Below, piece after piece: positions 26,855 through 35,967 of a DNA stretch of 64,000 nucleotides (its first letter is position 1; each line of letters opens with the position of its first letter). Both the position numbers and the translations under genes were made by a program. The notes under the pieces are model-generated. The model saw nothing but the letters and a program-made list of their open reading frames with translations, did not search any database and was not told where the DNA came from. The DNA is taken from IMG/VR virus record IMGVR_UViG_3300010399_000031, positions 62,001 to 126,000 of that record. The stretch is one strand, 5' to 3'.

Positions 26855-28136
26855 ATTTAGTAAAAGTTCGTCCGTCCTTGTAAAAAGGAGGATGAAATGG
26901 GAATTCGAGTTATTCCTGGTTATGAAACTTACGGCGTTACAAAGGCTGGAATAGTTGTTTCGTTTGAGAGTGGAACGATCCTGAGGCGATACTTGTTTGA
27001 TGGTTATATCTACGTAGATCTTTTTAAAGAAACGATAAAACCATTACGAGTACATCGACTAGTTGCATTAGCGTGGGTTGTGAATCCTAATCCAAACCGG
27101 TTTACCATTGTCAATCATCGCGATGGTATTCGGATAAACAATTGGTGGGAAAATCTTGAGTGGACTGATTACTCAGGTAACAATTATCACGCTATTAACG
27201 CAGGACTGAGGTCTGATAACATTCGCTGTTGTGTAAGAGATTTTTACACAAAGCAAGTGCATGAATTTGCTTCAATGGCGCAAGCCAAGGAATTCATGGG
27301 ACTTCGTAAAGACGTTCGAGTTGAACAACTCTCACTCAAGCAATTTGGAGCACTTATCGAGGGTCGATTTGAGTTCCGATTTGCAAACGATTCGACACCG
27401 TGGTTTTATGAAAATCGCACTGAGCTGGTTCCGCCATCCCGATATATGGTGGTGGTTCTAGAACCAAACGGCGAAACTAGAGAAGTATATTCGAATCGAG
27501 ATTTGCTTCAACGCTATCAACTTTATCGTAGCTCGAGCAGATCTATCCCTGGATTAGTCGATTACGGAAATTCATTATATCCGGATCATGAGTTTAGTTA
27601 TCGAGACAGTTACGCGGAGGAACAACACCGTGTGTCCCGAAATATAAAAAGTCAGGCTCAACCCATTCTTGCGGTACGTGGTGTCGAAGAGCTTGATTTT
27701 CAATCACTGACTCAATGTGCTAATCATTTTGATGTCGATCGTTCAGTTATTGTTCTTCGGTTAAATAGTGGACAAGATTTGGACGGATGGACTTTTACTT
27801 CAATGCCTCTTTAATCAGTAATGATTAAAGAAATCTCCTTTAATTGCTGGAAACTCCTGTTAGACGTGTGTACCACTGCGAGCCGCGAGGCAAAGCGACG
27901 GTTTGAAAAACACACGGTAGGGACAATCAGCAGCGAAGCTTCTCTTACGAGAAGAACGTTCAACGACTAAGACCTTACCAGTCTGTAGAGCCAAGCGGTA
28001 GGCGTATAGCCTTTAAATCGAAATAGGGAGCTTCCTACTTGAAAAAGAGGAAGAAGATATAGTCTGCTCCGTATGGAAACATACGGCGGGTGCTTTAACG
28101 CACCGGCTCAGCGTAGCGAACTGAGTGGACATTAGG
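26855..28136 (+). mobile_element. group I intron (1282 nt) in RNAP beta gene
   Basis: P AATTGCTGGAAA 27842, Q AATCAGCAG 27925, R GTTCAACGACTA 27958, S AAGATATAGTCT 28054; exon 1 ends in U, intron ends in G; splicing restores CHGG-KGVICKI. Confidence 0.9.
26897..27814 (+). CDS. intron-encoded HNH homing endonuclease
   Basis: VHRLVALAW...VNHRDGIRINNWWENLEW; AT-rich; AAGGAGG upstream. Confidence 0.9.
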   Translation: MGIRVIPGYETYGVTKAGIVVSFESGTILRRYLFDGYIYVDLFKETIKPLRVHRLVALAWVVNPNPNRFTIVNHRDGIRINNWWENLEWTDYSGNNYHAINAGLRSDNIRCCVRDFYTKQVHEFASMAQAKEFMGLRKDVRVEQLSLKQFGALIEGRFEFRFANDSTPWFYENRTELVPPSRYMVVVLEPNGETREVYSNRDLLQRYQLYRSSSRSIPGLVDYGNSLYPDHEFSYRDSYAEEQHRVSRNIKSQAQPILAVRGVEELDFQSLTQCANHFDVDRSVIVLRLNSGQDLDGWTFTSMPL

Positions 28137-29144
28137 AAAGGCGTCATCTGTAAGATCCTCGAACCTGAGGACATGCCGGTGGATGAAAACGGCGTGCGCG
28201 CCGATATCATCATGGACGGAAACTCGACCAATAGCCGGATGAACCTGGGTCGAAAGTACGAACAGTTCTTTAACAGCGCGTCAGCCCACGTGTGTGCCAC
28301 GGTGCGCAAGATGCTCAACCTGGAGGTTAAAGAGCCGAGTTTGGAACTGAAGCTTGAGCAATTGGAGGCCACGAACAAAGCCGCAGTCGATGCGGCTTGG
28401 TACTATCTGTGCGGATATCTGAAGATCATGAGTCCGGATAAGATGTATCCGTGGTATTGGAAGGGAGAGGCGCATACGACGCAAAAGGGATTGATCATCA
28501 ATCCTTATCCGCGAACTCGCTATCTCGCGGAAGTCATTCGTTCAGTTGATGGACTGATCATCTACTGGCCACCCGAGAACAGCCGGGAGTTCACGGATGC
28601 AGTGCAGTTGATCCAGAACAACGCCCAGTATCGCCCCCACCATGGTCCGGTTACCTATCGCGGGTACTCCGGTAAAATGGTGAAGACTCGAAACAAGGTG
28701 AGAATCGGTAGTGTGTACATCATCTTGCTAGAGAAGATTGCTGATGACTGGACGGCTGTGTCCTCATCCAAGCGTCAGCACTTCGGGGTGATCAGTCAGA
28801 TCACGAGTTGGGATAAGCATAGCTCGCCGCAACGCGTGCAAGCGATTCGGGCATGGGGTGAATCTGAAGTCCGGATCTCCATCTCTTTCCCTGGACCGCG
28901 TGTGACCGCAGACCTTTTGGACCGTAACAACAATCCAAGAACCGCGCGCCACCTTATCGACAACTTGCTGCAAGCTGAGCGCCCAACCGATATCGAGCGT
29001 ATCGTCGATCGACGGGTGATTCCGTACGGAGGAAACAAACCAGTGCAGTTGGTGAAACACATGGCGCTTACCTGGGGTTGGCAGTTCGAGTACGCGCCGT
29101 ATATTCCGAATCAAAGTAGCACAACACGGGAGATTGCTGCATGA
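28137..29144 (+). CDS. non-virion RNA polymerase beta C-terminal subunit, exon 2 (phiKZ gp73-like)
   Basis: KGVICKILEPEDMP...ADIIMD...SRMNLG and GESEVR blocks of RNAP beta. Confidence 0.9.
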   Translation, partial: KGVICKILEPEDMPVDENGVRADIIMDGNSTNSRMNLGRKYEQFFNSASAHVCATVRKMLNLEVKEPSLELKLEQLEATNKAAVDAAWYYLCGYLKIMSPDKMYPWYWKGEAHTTQKGLIINPYPRTRYLAEVIRSVDGLIIYWPPENSREFTDAVQLIQNNAQYRPHHGPVTYRGYSGKMVKTRNKVRIGSVYIILLEKIADDWTAVSSSKRQHFGVISQITSWDKHSSPQRVQAIRAWGESEVRISISFPGPRVTADLLDRNNNPRTARHLIDNLLQAERPTDIERIVDRRVIPYGGNKPVQLVKHMALTWGWQFEYAPYIPNQSSTTREIAA

Positions 29145-31171
29145 AGCGAATCAGTGCACGATTTCTAACCACCATGAGCACTGAACAATTGTGGACCACG
29201 TTGCGTGGTCCCTTTGTTTTGGTGTTCGATGACGGCGAGCTAGAGACCAACGCAAAAGAAAGTCTATATTCAAGCTATGCGTGGGAGTTCCATCGCAAGT
29301 ATCCCCGCACCCCGATGTTCAAACGTCATCACGTCAAGGAGATCATCGGGAAAAAACGATTGGCCAACGGTACGCACCTGAAGTTGCTGGGCAACGTCAT
29401 GTGGAGTGTGCACGCGGCGTATCAAGACGATACGAGCGTCACGCTCGACCAACTCTCCGAGATGACGTATCGGATCGTCAACCTGATGTATAACGATCTG
29501 TCCTATCGGTGTGAACCATGGGTGACGTCGCTTGATGTGACGGATTACATCGAGATTCTCAACCACCCGGACGTGCTGGCAGCGAAAAAGGATGCACCTC
29601 CCACGGAGCAAGCCATCGCACATATCCACGAGACAATTACCAAGGTGCTCTTGGATGACCCGAGTATGGCGCACAACCCGATTGCGCGGGCTGTGAAGTC
29701 AGGACTCTCGAATATGGGTCAGGTGTTGCAGTGCGTGGGGCCGCGAGGCTTTATCACCGATATGGATGGGAACTATTTCCCACGTCCAATCATGCGGGGG
29801 TTTGCCGAGGGCTTTCGCGACTTTCACGATTCGTTCATCGAGTCTCGCCATGCGTCCATGTCGCTTGCTCAAGCAAAAGACCCGCTTGAGCAGACTGAGT
29901 ATTTCAGTCGACGCTTGCAGTTGATCTGTCAGAATGTGCGGCGACTGCACATGACCGATTGTGGATCGACCGAGTATCTGTATTGGACGATTCGCGATCA
30001 GCAGTTTGACGATGACGGTAATGTCAGTCAGAAGTCGGATCTGGATCTGTTGGCCGGTAAGTATTTCGTGAATGCGGAGGGCGGGCTCTCTGCTATTCGT
30101 AAAACGGATAAGCACCTGATCGGCCACACGCTGAAAGTGCGCAGCACCCTAGGTAAGTGTCGGCACCCAGATCCGTATGGGGTGTGCGCGGCTTGCTTTG
30201 GTGAGTTGGCATATTCGATCCTCGATCCTTTGACGGGCAATCTCGGCCAGACCACCTGCACCTCGATGACCGAAGTCGTCTCGCAACTGGTACTCTCCAC
30301 CAAGCACTTTGTCGGCAATGCGATGATGGAAGCCATCGTGCTGGATAACATCACTAAGCAGTATTTCGATGTGACCAGTGACCGGGCGTCGTATCTGCTG
30401 CACAAACGCTGGAAGAATCACCATGTGCGTTTGATCATCCCGCACCAGTTCGCTGCCCACTTCACCGACATTCAAGCTGTGGCTGATGTCAACCAGTTGA
30501 CGAGTATCTCGCGTATCAGTGAGTTGCCGGAAATTGGCATTGGCATTGGAAACGGGGAGAAGTATGAGGAAATCGCGTTGCGTGTCGCGATGGATCGTCG
30601 CATGGCATCCATGACATATCCACTGCTCGCCCACATCAAGAAAGTCGGTTGGTCGCTCAATGAAAAGGGCCACTACATCGTCGATATGTCAGGTTGGGAT
30701 TACGACAAACCTATCCTGTCGTTGCCGATGAAGCGGTACAACATGAGCGATCACTCCGCTGAGATTGCGGATATTCTGGAGGCATCCATCAAGGAAATCG
30801 CCGAGCGAGATCTGGAGGAATCGGTCGATCCGACGTTGGTCAAGTTGTTTGACCATGTCAACCATCGCCTCTCGGTGAATCTGGCGGTGCTTGAAATCGT
30901 ACTCTATGGTGGAATGGTGGTGTCGAGTGCCAACGACAATTTCGCGCTGCCTAAGGCGAACACAGGTCGAGCACTGGGTGTGTATGATCTGACCATCGAG
31001 AACCGCTCTATGGCGGCTAAGATGGCCTATGAGCATCAGTTGGCGAGTATCCTGAACCCGCACAACTATATCACACCCAATCGGATGGATCACCCGTTCG
31101 ATGCGGTGATTATGCCTCACGAAGTGCTTCAAGCAGGAGAGGAGGAATACCTGCGTAGTATCGGAGCATAA
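29141..31171 (+). CDS. non-virion RNA polymerase beta-prime C-terminal subunit (phiKZ gp74-like)
   Basis: DCGS and RSTLGKC...GVCAACFG Zn site; SQLVLSTKH trigger-loop-like segment. Confidence 0.88.
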   Translation: MKRISARFLTTMSTEQLWTTLRGPFVLVFDDGELETNAKESLYSSYAWEFHRKYPRTPMFKRHHVKEIIGKKRLANGTHLKLLGNVMWSVHAAYQDDTSVTLDQLSEMTYRIVNLMYNDLSYRCEPWVTSLDVTDYIEILNHPDVLAAKKDAPPTEQAIAHIHETITKVLLDDPSMAHNPIARAVKSGLSNMGQVLQCVGPRGFITDMDGNYFPRPIMRGFAEGFRDFHDSFIESRHASMSLAQAKDPLEQTEYFSRRLQLICQNVRRLHMTDCGSTEYLYWTIRDQQFDDDGNVSQKSDLDLLAGKYFVNAEGGLSAIRKTDKHLIGHTLKVRSTLGKCRHPDPYGVCAACFGELAYSILDPLTGNLGQTTCTSMTEVVSQLVLSTKHFVGNAMMEAIVLDNITKQYFDVTSDRASYLLHKRWKNHHVRLIIPHQFAAHFTDIQAVADVNQLTSISRISELPEIGIGIGNGEKYEEIALRVAMDRRMASMTYPLLAHIKKVGWSLNEKGHYIVDMSGWDYDKPILSLPMKRYNMSDHSAEIADILEASIKEIAERDLEESVDPTLVKLFDHVNHRLSVNLAVLEIVLYGGMVVSSANDNFALPKANTGRALGVYDLTIENRSMAAKMAYEHQLASILNPHNYITPNRMDHPFDAVIMPHEVLQAGEEEYLRSIGA

Positions 31172-31240
31172 GTTGGATCAGGGGTGGGTTCAGTGCCCAC
31201 CCCTTGCACTTTTTCTGTTCAAGCGATTAGAAGGCAAAAC

Positions 31241-32785
31241 ATGGTTGAACTGACTATTACGGTGTACTCGCACCATTTTGAAGTAACGCGTATCTCCCCG
31301 CGAGGCCGCCGGGTAGTAGAAGACTTTGCCAGACGCTATATCGAATACACCCTCAGAAAAAGACGGGGTCGGCCCGGCTTTGATGAAGTGCCCGATTGTG
31401 TGTTTGCCGCTTCTAACGCTGACCGCACGCAGTACCGTTTTCACGCCGCGCAGATGGAGGAGTTTAAGAACCACCTGCGTGTGTTTGATTTGGTTCACCC
31501 CGATGCTATCGAGTGGATTGAAGTACCGTTGTATGAGCCGCTCGGGGTCGATCTATTGATTCAAGAGGGATGGCTCCCTAAAGAGAAGTATAAACAAGCC
31601 GATGCCATTGCCTTCATGGAAAGGACAGAACCGCCTCGCAAACTCCTTGGAATGCATACAGGTTACGGCAAAAGTTTTTGTACAATGCAAGCCGTAGCAA
31701 ACATTTCGACTCTTTCTGTGTGGTCAGTGCAGGCGAAGTTTCTGGAGAAGACTCGACTGGATATGCTCAGGACACTCCAAGTCGAATTGGAAGATATCAT
31801 CGTCGTACGCGACACGAAGGATTTGAAGTTGCTGCTGCTAAAAACAATGCAAGGGCCGATCGATTGCAAAATCGTTCTTATTAGCAGCAAGTTGATTCAG
31901 ATTTGGATTTCGTTGTACGAGAAAGTGGGCAAAGCAATTGAAGGCGTAGGTTACAGTTGCATGCCGCAAGAGTTTTATCCGTTGTTGCGTGCTGGCGTTC
32001 GCGTGATTGATGAAGTGCACATGGAGTTTCATTTTAACTTCAAACAAGATCTTTACACGCACGTACCACAGTCGATCTCACTCTCGGCAACGATGATCTC
32101 CGATAGTCGGTTTCGCAACCAGATGTACATGTTGACGTACCCGCTCTCGTGTCGTTTTGAAGTACCCTACATTCCGTTTATCAGTGCGACCGCCATTTCG
32201 TATCAGTTTGAAACCCCTGATCGGATTCGCGTCCTGGGTCGCCAAGGGATGTATTCGCATTACGTGTTTGAAGACTCGGTGATGAAGAACAAGAAAGTCT
32301 TAGCCAATTACGTTAAGATGATCAAGTTTATCACGGAGATAGAGTTTGTCCGTGATCACCGAGAAGGCGAGAGCATGGTGGTGTACGCCGCCAGTGTGGA
32401 GTTTTGCACCTATCTCGTTGAAGAGTTCCGTAAAACCTGGTCAGATTTGAGAATCGAGCGTTATTGTGGGTCGATCAATGATCCGTATGAAAATCTCATT
32501 AACGCGCAGCTGGTGGTGACCACACTCGGTAGCGCGGGTACGAACGTCGATATTCCCAAATTGAAATGCGTACTGTTGACTACTTCAGTGGATTCCACTC
32601 AGGGTAACATTCAAGGGGCAGGTCGTCTACGTGACGATAAACTTGAAGCGGGTCGCGCTGCTCGGTTTGTTTGGCTTTACTGTGAACAAGTGGGACGACA
32701 TGTCGCGTACCACAACAAGAAAATGGGCTTGCTCAGACCCCGAGCTTTAAAGCTTAATGAACAGTCGTATTCTGAACTGCTGTAA
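31241..32785 (+). CDS. superfamily 2 helicase (phiKZ gp75-like)
   Basis: HTGYGKS, IDEVH, LSAT and QGAGR motifs. Confidence 0.85.
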   Translation: MVELTITVYSHHFEVTRISPRGRRVVEDFARRYIEYTLRKRRGRPGFDEVPDCVFAASNADRTQYRFHAAQMEEFKNHLRVFDLVHPDAIEWIEVPLYEPLGVDLLIQEGWLPKEKYKQADAIAFMERTEPPRKLLGMHTGYGKSFCTMQAVANISTLSVWSVQAKFLEKTRLDMLRTLQVELEDIIVVRDTKDLKLLLLKTMQGPIDCKIVLISSKLIQIWISLYEKVGKAIEGVGYSCMPQEFYPLLRAGVRVIDEVHMEFHFNFKQDLYTHVPQSISLSATMISDSRFRNQMYMLTYPLSCRFEVPYIPFISATAISYQFETPDRIRVLGRQGMYSHYVFEDSVMKNKKVLANYVKMIKFITEIEFVRDHREGESMVVYAASVEFCTYLVEEFRKTWSDLRIERYCGSINDPYENLINAQLVVTTLGSAGTNVDIPKLKCVLLTTSVDSTQGNIQGAGRLRDDKLEAGRAARFVWLYCEQVGRHVAYHNKKMGLLRPRALKLNEQSYSELL

Positions 32786-32857
32786 AAACCGCACTGGCTT
32801 TGCTTTCTTGACCGAGCCGCTGATCAGGAAAGTGAAGTCTATTATTAGAACCAAGGA

Positions 32858-33436
32858 GTGAAAGAAAGTATGGACCCGATTCTCACCGCTAAGAGCACCA
32901 ACCTTGCCGATGCATTTGCGTTGTTGCTGGGTATCTACCAAGGGCCGCAAGCAATTACCAATGGCCGCACACATCGTCGTAAAATGACGCATGTGGGCAA
33001 TCCGTTTCACCAGTTTATTTATCACGAAAAGCCGCCCGCTGACGGCACTGCGTGGCCAGCTGTGCGCTATCTCTCAGCGGAGTTTTTCCAGTGGAGTGGA
33101 TTTTTCCATCTCTACTGCCACACACACCAAGAGGTACTGCCGTTCTTGCCCAAGAAGCTTGCTTTAAGCGACATCCAACAAGGTTTTGCTCACGAGCGCT
33201 TTCGTAAAGAATCGTCCAGCGTGTGTCGCACCTATTCGATCGAACAGATCGAGCTTGCCGCGCGCGATGCGGTAGCCTGGTTGGTCTTAGGTAATCGCCC
33301 CGCTCGACCCACTTTGGAACAGATGCGCGAGACGGTGCGCCAGATCGACCAGTTTCGACGCCGGTTTGCTTCGTCCAAGACAAGTGGCTTTATCCCGATG
33401 AGCATCGAGGATCTCACCAGTATGCTGGAGGCTTGA
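32858..33436 (+). CDS. hypothetical protein
   Basis: 192-aa ORF, AAGGAG upstream. Confidence 0.6.
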   Translation: MKESMDPILTAKSTNLADAFALLLGIYQGPQAITNGRTHRRKMTHVGNPFHQFIYHEKPPADGTAWPAVRYLSAEFFQWSGFFHLYCHTHQEVLPFLPKKLALSDIQQGFAHERFRKESSSVCRTYSIEQIELAARDAVAWLVLGNRPARPTLEQMRETVRQIDQFRRRFASSKTSGFIPMSIEDLTSMLEA

Positions 33437-33437
33437 G

Positions 33438-34109
33438 ATGATTAATGTCTGGATGGAGGTCCTTACCGCCAGACTGGGAAACTATTTTACCGATGCGCTG
33501 GAGGAAAACGAGCATTTTGACTTCATGACGCTGCTGCGACGCGTGTTAGCTGATAAAACGTTGATGAACTTTAAACTCATCATCGAGCAGGCGCATGATT
33601 TGGCTACTTCCGAAAACCTGGAAAGTGGTTTATTCCAGCGCCGTGCGATGCGTCTTGTATTACCACGGGTCAGTAAGGCGTTCGCTGAATTACCTAAAGA
33701 AATCACCGTAGATGACATGCGTCGCTCCAACTACGTGTTGCGTGAAAGTTCACACTACACGTTTATGGAAGCGTATTGGATACTCATCGCATGGGTGGCG
33801 TTTGGGGAAGATAACATCGTTCCGGTTGACATGATCGCTAATGCTTTATTGGTGAATTTTCGTGAAGCGATTAACAAGGGAATCACCAAGCCAAAAGATC
33901 CGTTTTTCATTATGATTGGATCAGATAAACGCACGAAACTCCCCACCAACAAGAGCGGGTATGATCAGAAAACGCGGCGACTTCCCAAAGGAGCGATAGA
34001 CGTTATGCAATTGCTTCTCCAACGTATGGATCAGAAGTTACTCGCCATCAGGGATTACCAGCGTAGCGCAAAACCTGCTGGAGAAATCCTGGTCTCTGTC
34101 GTCCATTGA
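33438..34109 (+). CDS. hypothetical protein
   Basis: 223-aa ORF abutting previous gene, GGAGG upstream. Confidence 0.6.
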   Translation: MINVWMEVLTARLGNYFTDALEENEHFDFMTLLRRVLADKTLMNFKLIIEQAHDLATSENLESGLFQRRAMRLVLPRVSKAFAELPKEITVDDMRRSNYVLRESSHYTFMEAYWILIAWVAFGEDNIVPVDMIANALLVNFREAINKGITKPKDPFFIMIGSDKRTKLPTNKSGYDQKTRRLPKGAIDVMQLLLQRMDQKLLAIRDYQRSAKPAGEILVSVVH

Positions 34110-34121
34110 CAACAGCAAAGA

Positions 34122-34151
34122 CGGAGACCCTAGTGGTCTCCGCTTATGCCC
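34122..34151 (+). terminator. hairpin followed by TATGCC
   Basis: CGGAGACC-CTAGT-GGTCTCCG-CTTATGCCC. Confidence 0.65.
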
Positions 34152-34157
34152 GAGTGT

Positions 34158-34180
34158 AGATTTTTTCAGCTATATATAAC
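34158..34180 (+). promoter_or_regulatory. early-promoter-like element
   Basis: AGATTTTTTCAGCTATATATAAC, similar to 11885-11904. Confidence 0.6.
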
Positions 34181-34232
34181 TTTTGCGAACTGGTAACGAA
34201 GCCAGTTAATTTCACTACAAAAGGAGTCCTTC

Positions 34233-34778
34233 ATGAATACCATTTCCCCCATCGTTATTGCTCTCGAAAAGAACAAACTTATCGCCATCGATGATGAGAG
34301 CGGACAAGAAGTCAAACTCTACGGCGTGGGTCACCTCATCAAAGATAATAAACGCGATGAGTTCGCCGTGCCGCTTTTCAAGGACACGTCGTTCTTCCTA
34401 CGCTCACTTTATCTGGGCGAGGACGAAAAAGTCCACATCGACGTCTACACAACGGGTGGCGCGATCTACGCACAAGAGACACCTGACCTTGTGGATCTAC
34501 AACACCATAAGGTGATGTATGGAACGATCTTCCAGACCTGGATCTTCGGCCTGAAAGATGGCGGATGCGTTCCACGTCCGGCGCCGGTGCCTGAATCGAA
34601 GAAAGTAGTAAGCGAGGACAAATCGAAAGTGAGTTTCTCCACCCTCTTCAGCAAGAAACCGAAGAAGGAAGATAAGCCGGTCGAACCGAGTTACGACGCA
34701 ACCCCGCGTCGTAACACCACCCTCGCCGGCCTCACGCATCTCGCAGTAAAGCAAGAAGAGTCGCAACAAGCAGTGTAA
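34233..34778 (+). CDS. hypothetical protein, probably early-expressed monocistronic
   Basis: AAGGAG upstream; own promoter-like element and terminator; K-rich tail. Confidence 0.7.
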   Translation: MNTISPIVIALEKNKLIAIDDESGQEVKLYGVGHLIKDNKRDEFAVPLFKDTSFFLRSLYLGEDEKVHIDVYTTGGAIYAQETPDLVDLQHHKVMYGTIFQTWIFGLKDGGCVPRPAPVPESKKVVSEDKSKVSFSTLFSKKPKKEDKPVEPSYDATPRRNTTLAGLTHLAVKQEESQQAV

Positions 34779-34800
34779 CATTCAAGTATCAGGTGATAGA

Positions 34801-34851
34801 GGCGGCATAAAACCTAGGGGGTTTCCCCTAGGTTGTCTCTTTCTTTTTTTG
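34801..34851. terminator. bidirectional terminator with TATGCC on the minus strand
   Basis: AACCTAGGGG-GTTT-CCCCTAGGTT between convergent genes. Confidence 0.85.
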
Positions 34852-34860
34852 TTTCCATTC

Positions 34861-35073
34861 CTAACTTTTAGGTGTTTCTTCAGCCAGCGGCATGTTCAAT
34901 GGAATAGAGACGTGGTGGCCAGCACCCGCCAATATCCCGATGGTGCGGTGAATCGCACCCGTCTTAATGCGGTAACCTGTCACCACACCATCGCCGTCAA
35001 CATAACAATGCGCTGACATCATCATGATGGTTAGCTGTTCAGCTATGAGTTTTAAAGTGGACTCAGCATCCAT
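34861..35073 (-). CDS. small hypothetical protein
   Basis: 70-aa ORF at the end of the minus-strand operon. Confidence 0.5.
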   Translation of the reverse strand: MDAESTLKLIAEQLTIMMMSAHCYVDGDGVVTGYRIKTGAIHRTIGILAGAGHHVSIPLNMPLAEETPKS

Positions 35074-35081
35074 TACACGAC

Positions 35082-35543
35082 CTACCTAAATGGTTGATAA
35101 ATCTCCACCGGAATCGGAAGCGCTTCACAGTACTTATGCAAAAGCGGCTGAACATCTTTCTCCCAATCCAATCCTCCTTCTCCGCACCCAAGAGCTGGTA
35201 CCGCTAAACTCACGATACCATACTCTTCATAGACCTTAGACAAATGTAGCAGCCCAGCATCAATCCACTCCCAGCGCGAAGGTAGCGACCAATGGCTTTT
35301 AGTCGGGAAAGAATAGATCTTGCGCGCCTTCCAATCAACGTTATATACAAAGCACTTCTCAAGCTGAAAGACACGTCTAGCGCAAGCACGTCGATACGCT
35401 TTGAAATACTCCGGGTAACGCTTTTTAAATTGCGCAGCAAGACCTTTTCCCATAACCCCGACCGTATTGACCGGGTTGACGAGCGTTTGCATCTTAGACT
35501 CAAAGATGTCACCTACTCCTTCCCAGACAATAGTCACGATCAC
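35082..35543 (-). CDS. macrodomain protein, DarG-like ADP-ribosyl glycohydrolase
   Basis: GDIF...LVNPVNTVGVMGKGLAAQFKKRYP, FPTK and PALGCGEGGLDW. Confidence 0.85.
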   Translation of the reverse strand: MIVTIVWEGVGDIFESKMQTLVNPVNTVGVMGKGLAAQFKKRYPEYFKAYRRACARRVFQLEKCFVYNVDWKARKIYSFPTKSHWSLPSRWEWIDAGLLHLSKVYEEYGIVSLAVPALGCGEGGLDWEKDVQPLLHKYCEALPIPVEIYQPFR

Positions 35544-35905
35544 CCCTTTGGCAATGATAGTTGATTGGTCAAGTTCTCAGCTGTCCTTTCATCACGATTA
35601 CGTTTAATAGAGGCAATCTCCATTATTTCAGCGGCATCGTAACACGGCAATTGCAGGAACTCCAACCAAGAAATCCCGAACGCTTCACTGACTCGATGAA
35701 AAACAAACTGCTCCATTCGCTCGCGCAAAAGCCCGTATGTATAGTTATCTTCCGCTGGATGTAGTTCGATTACGGCAAAGGGATGTTCCGAATCATTTTT
35801 GGTATGATCGTAAATCCCAAAGAGTGTCTCGTACTGCTCTAGCATTAACAACTGTGCATCGGTTGAGCAGATATTCGGGACGACCTTTAGTAAGCGTTCA
35901 AGCAT
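35540..35905 (-). CDS. conserved protein, possibly T4 gp51-like baseplate hub assembly factor
   Basis: FGISWLEFLQLP pattern, downstream of a gp26-like gene; by eye only. Confidence 0.35.
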   Translation of the reverse strand: MLERLLKVVPNICSTDAQLLMLEQYETLFGIYDHTKNDSEHPFAVIELHPAEDNYTYGLLRERMEQFVFHRVSEAFGISWLEFLQLPCYDAAEIMEIASIKRNRDERTAENLTNQLSLPKG

Positions 35906-35967
35906 CGCACTGACTGCAATGCCGTCCTCGAAATTACTATCTGCTACGAATCTAAGCGTCGCTGACC

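Noticed and set aside
29141-32785. Inteins in RNAP or helicase
   Set aside because: No extra-length insertions or C/S...HN splice motifs seen
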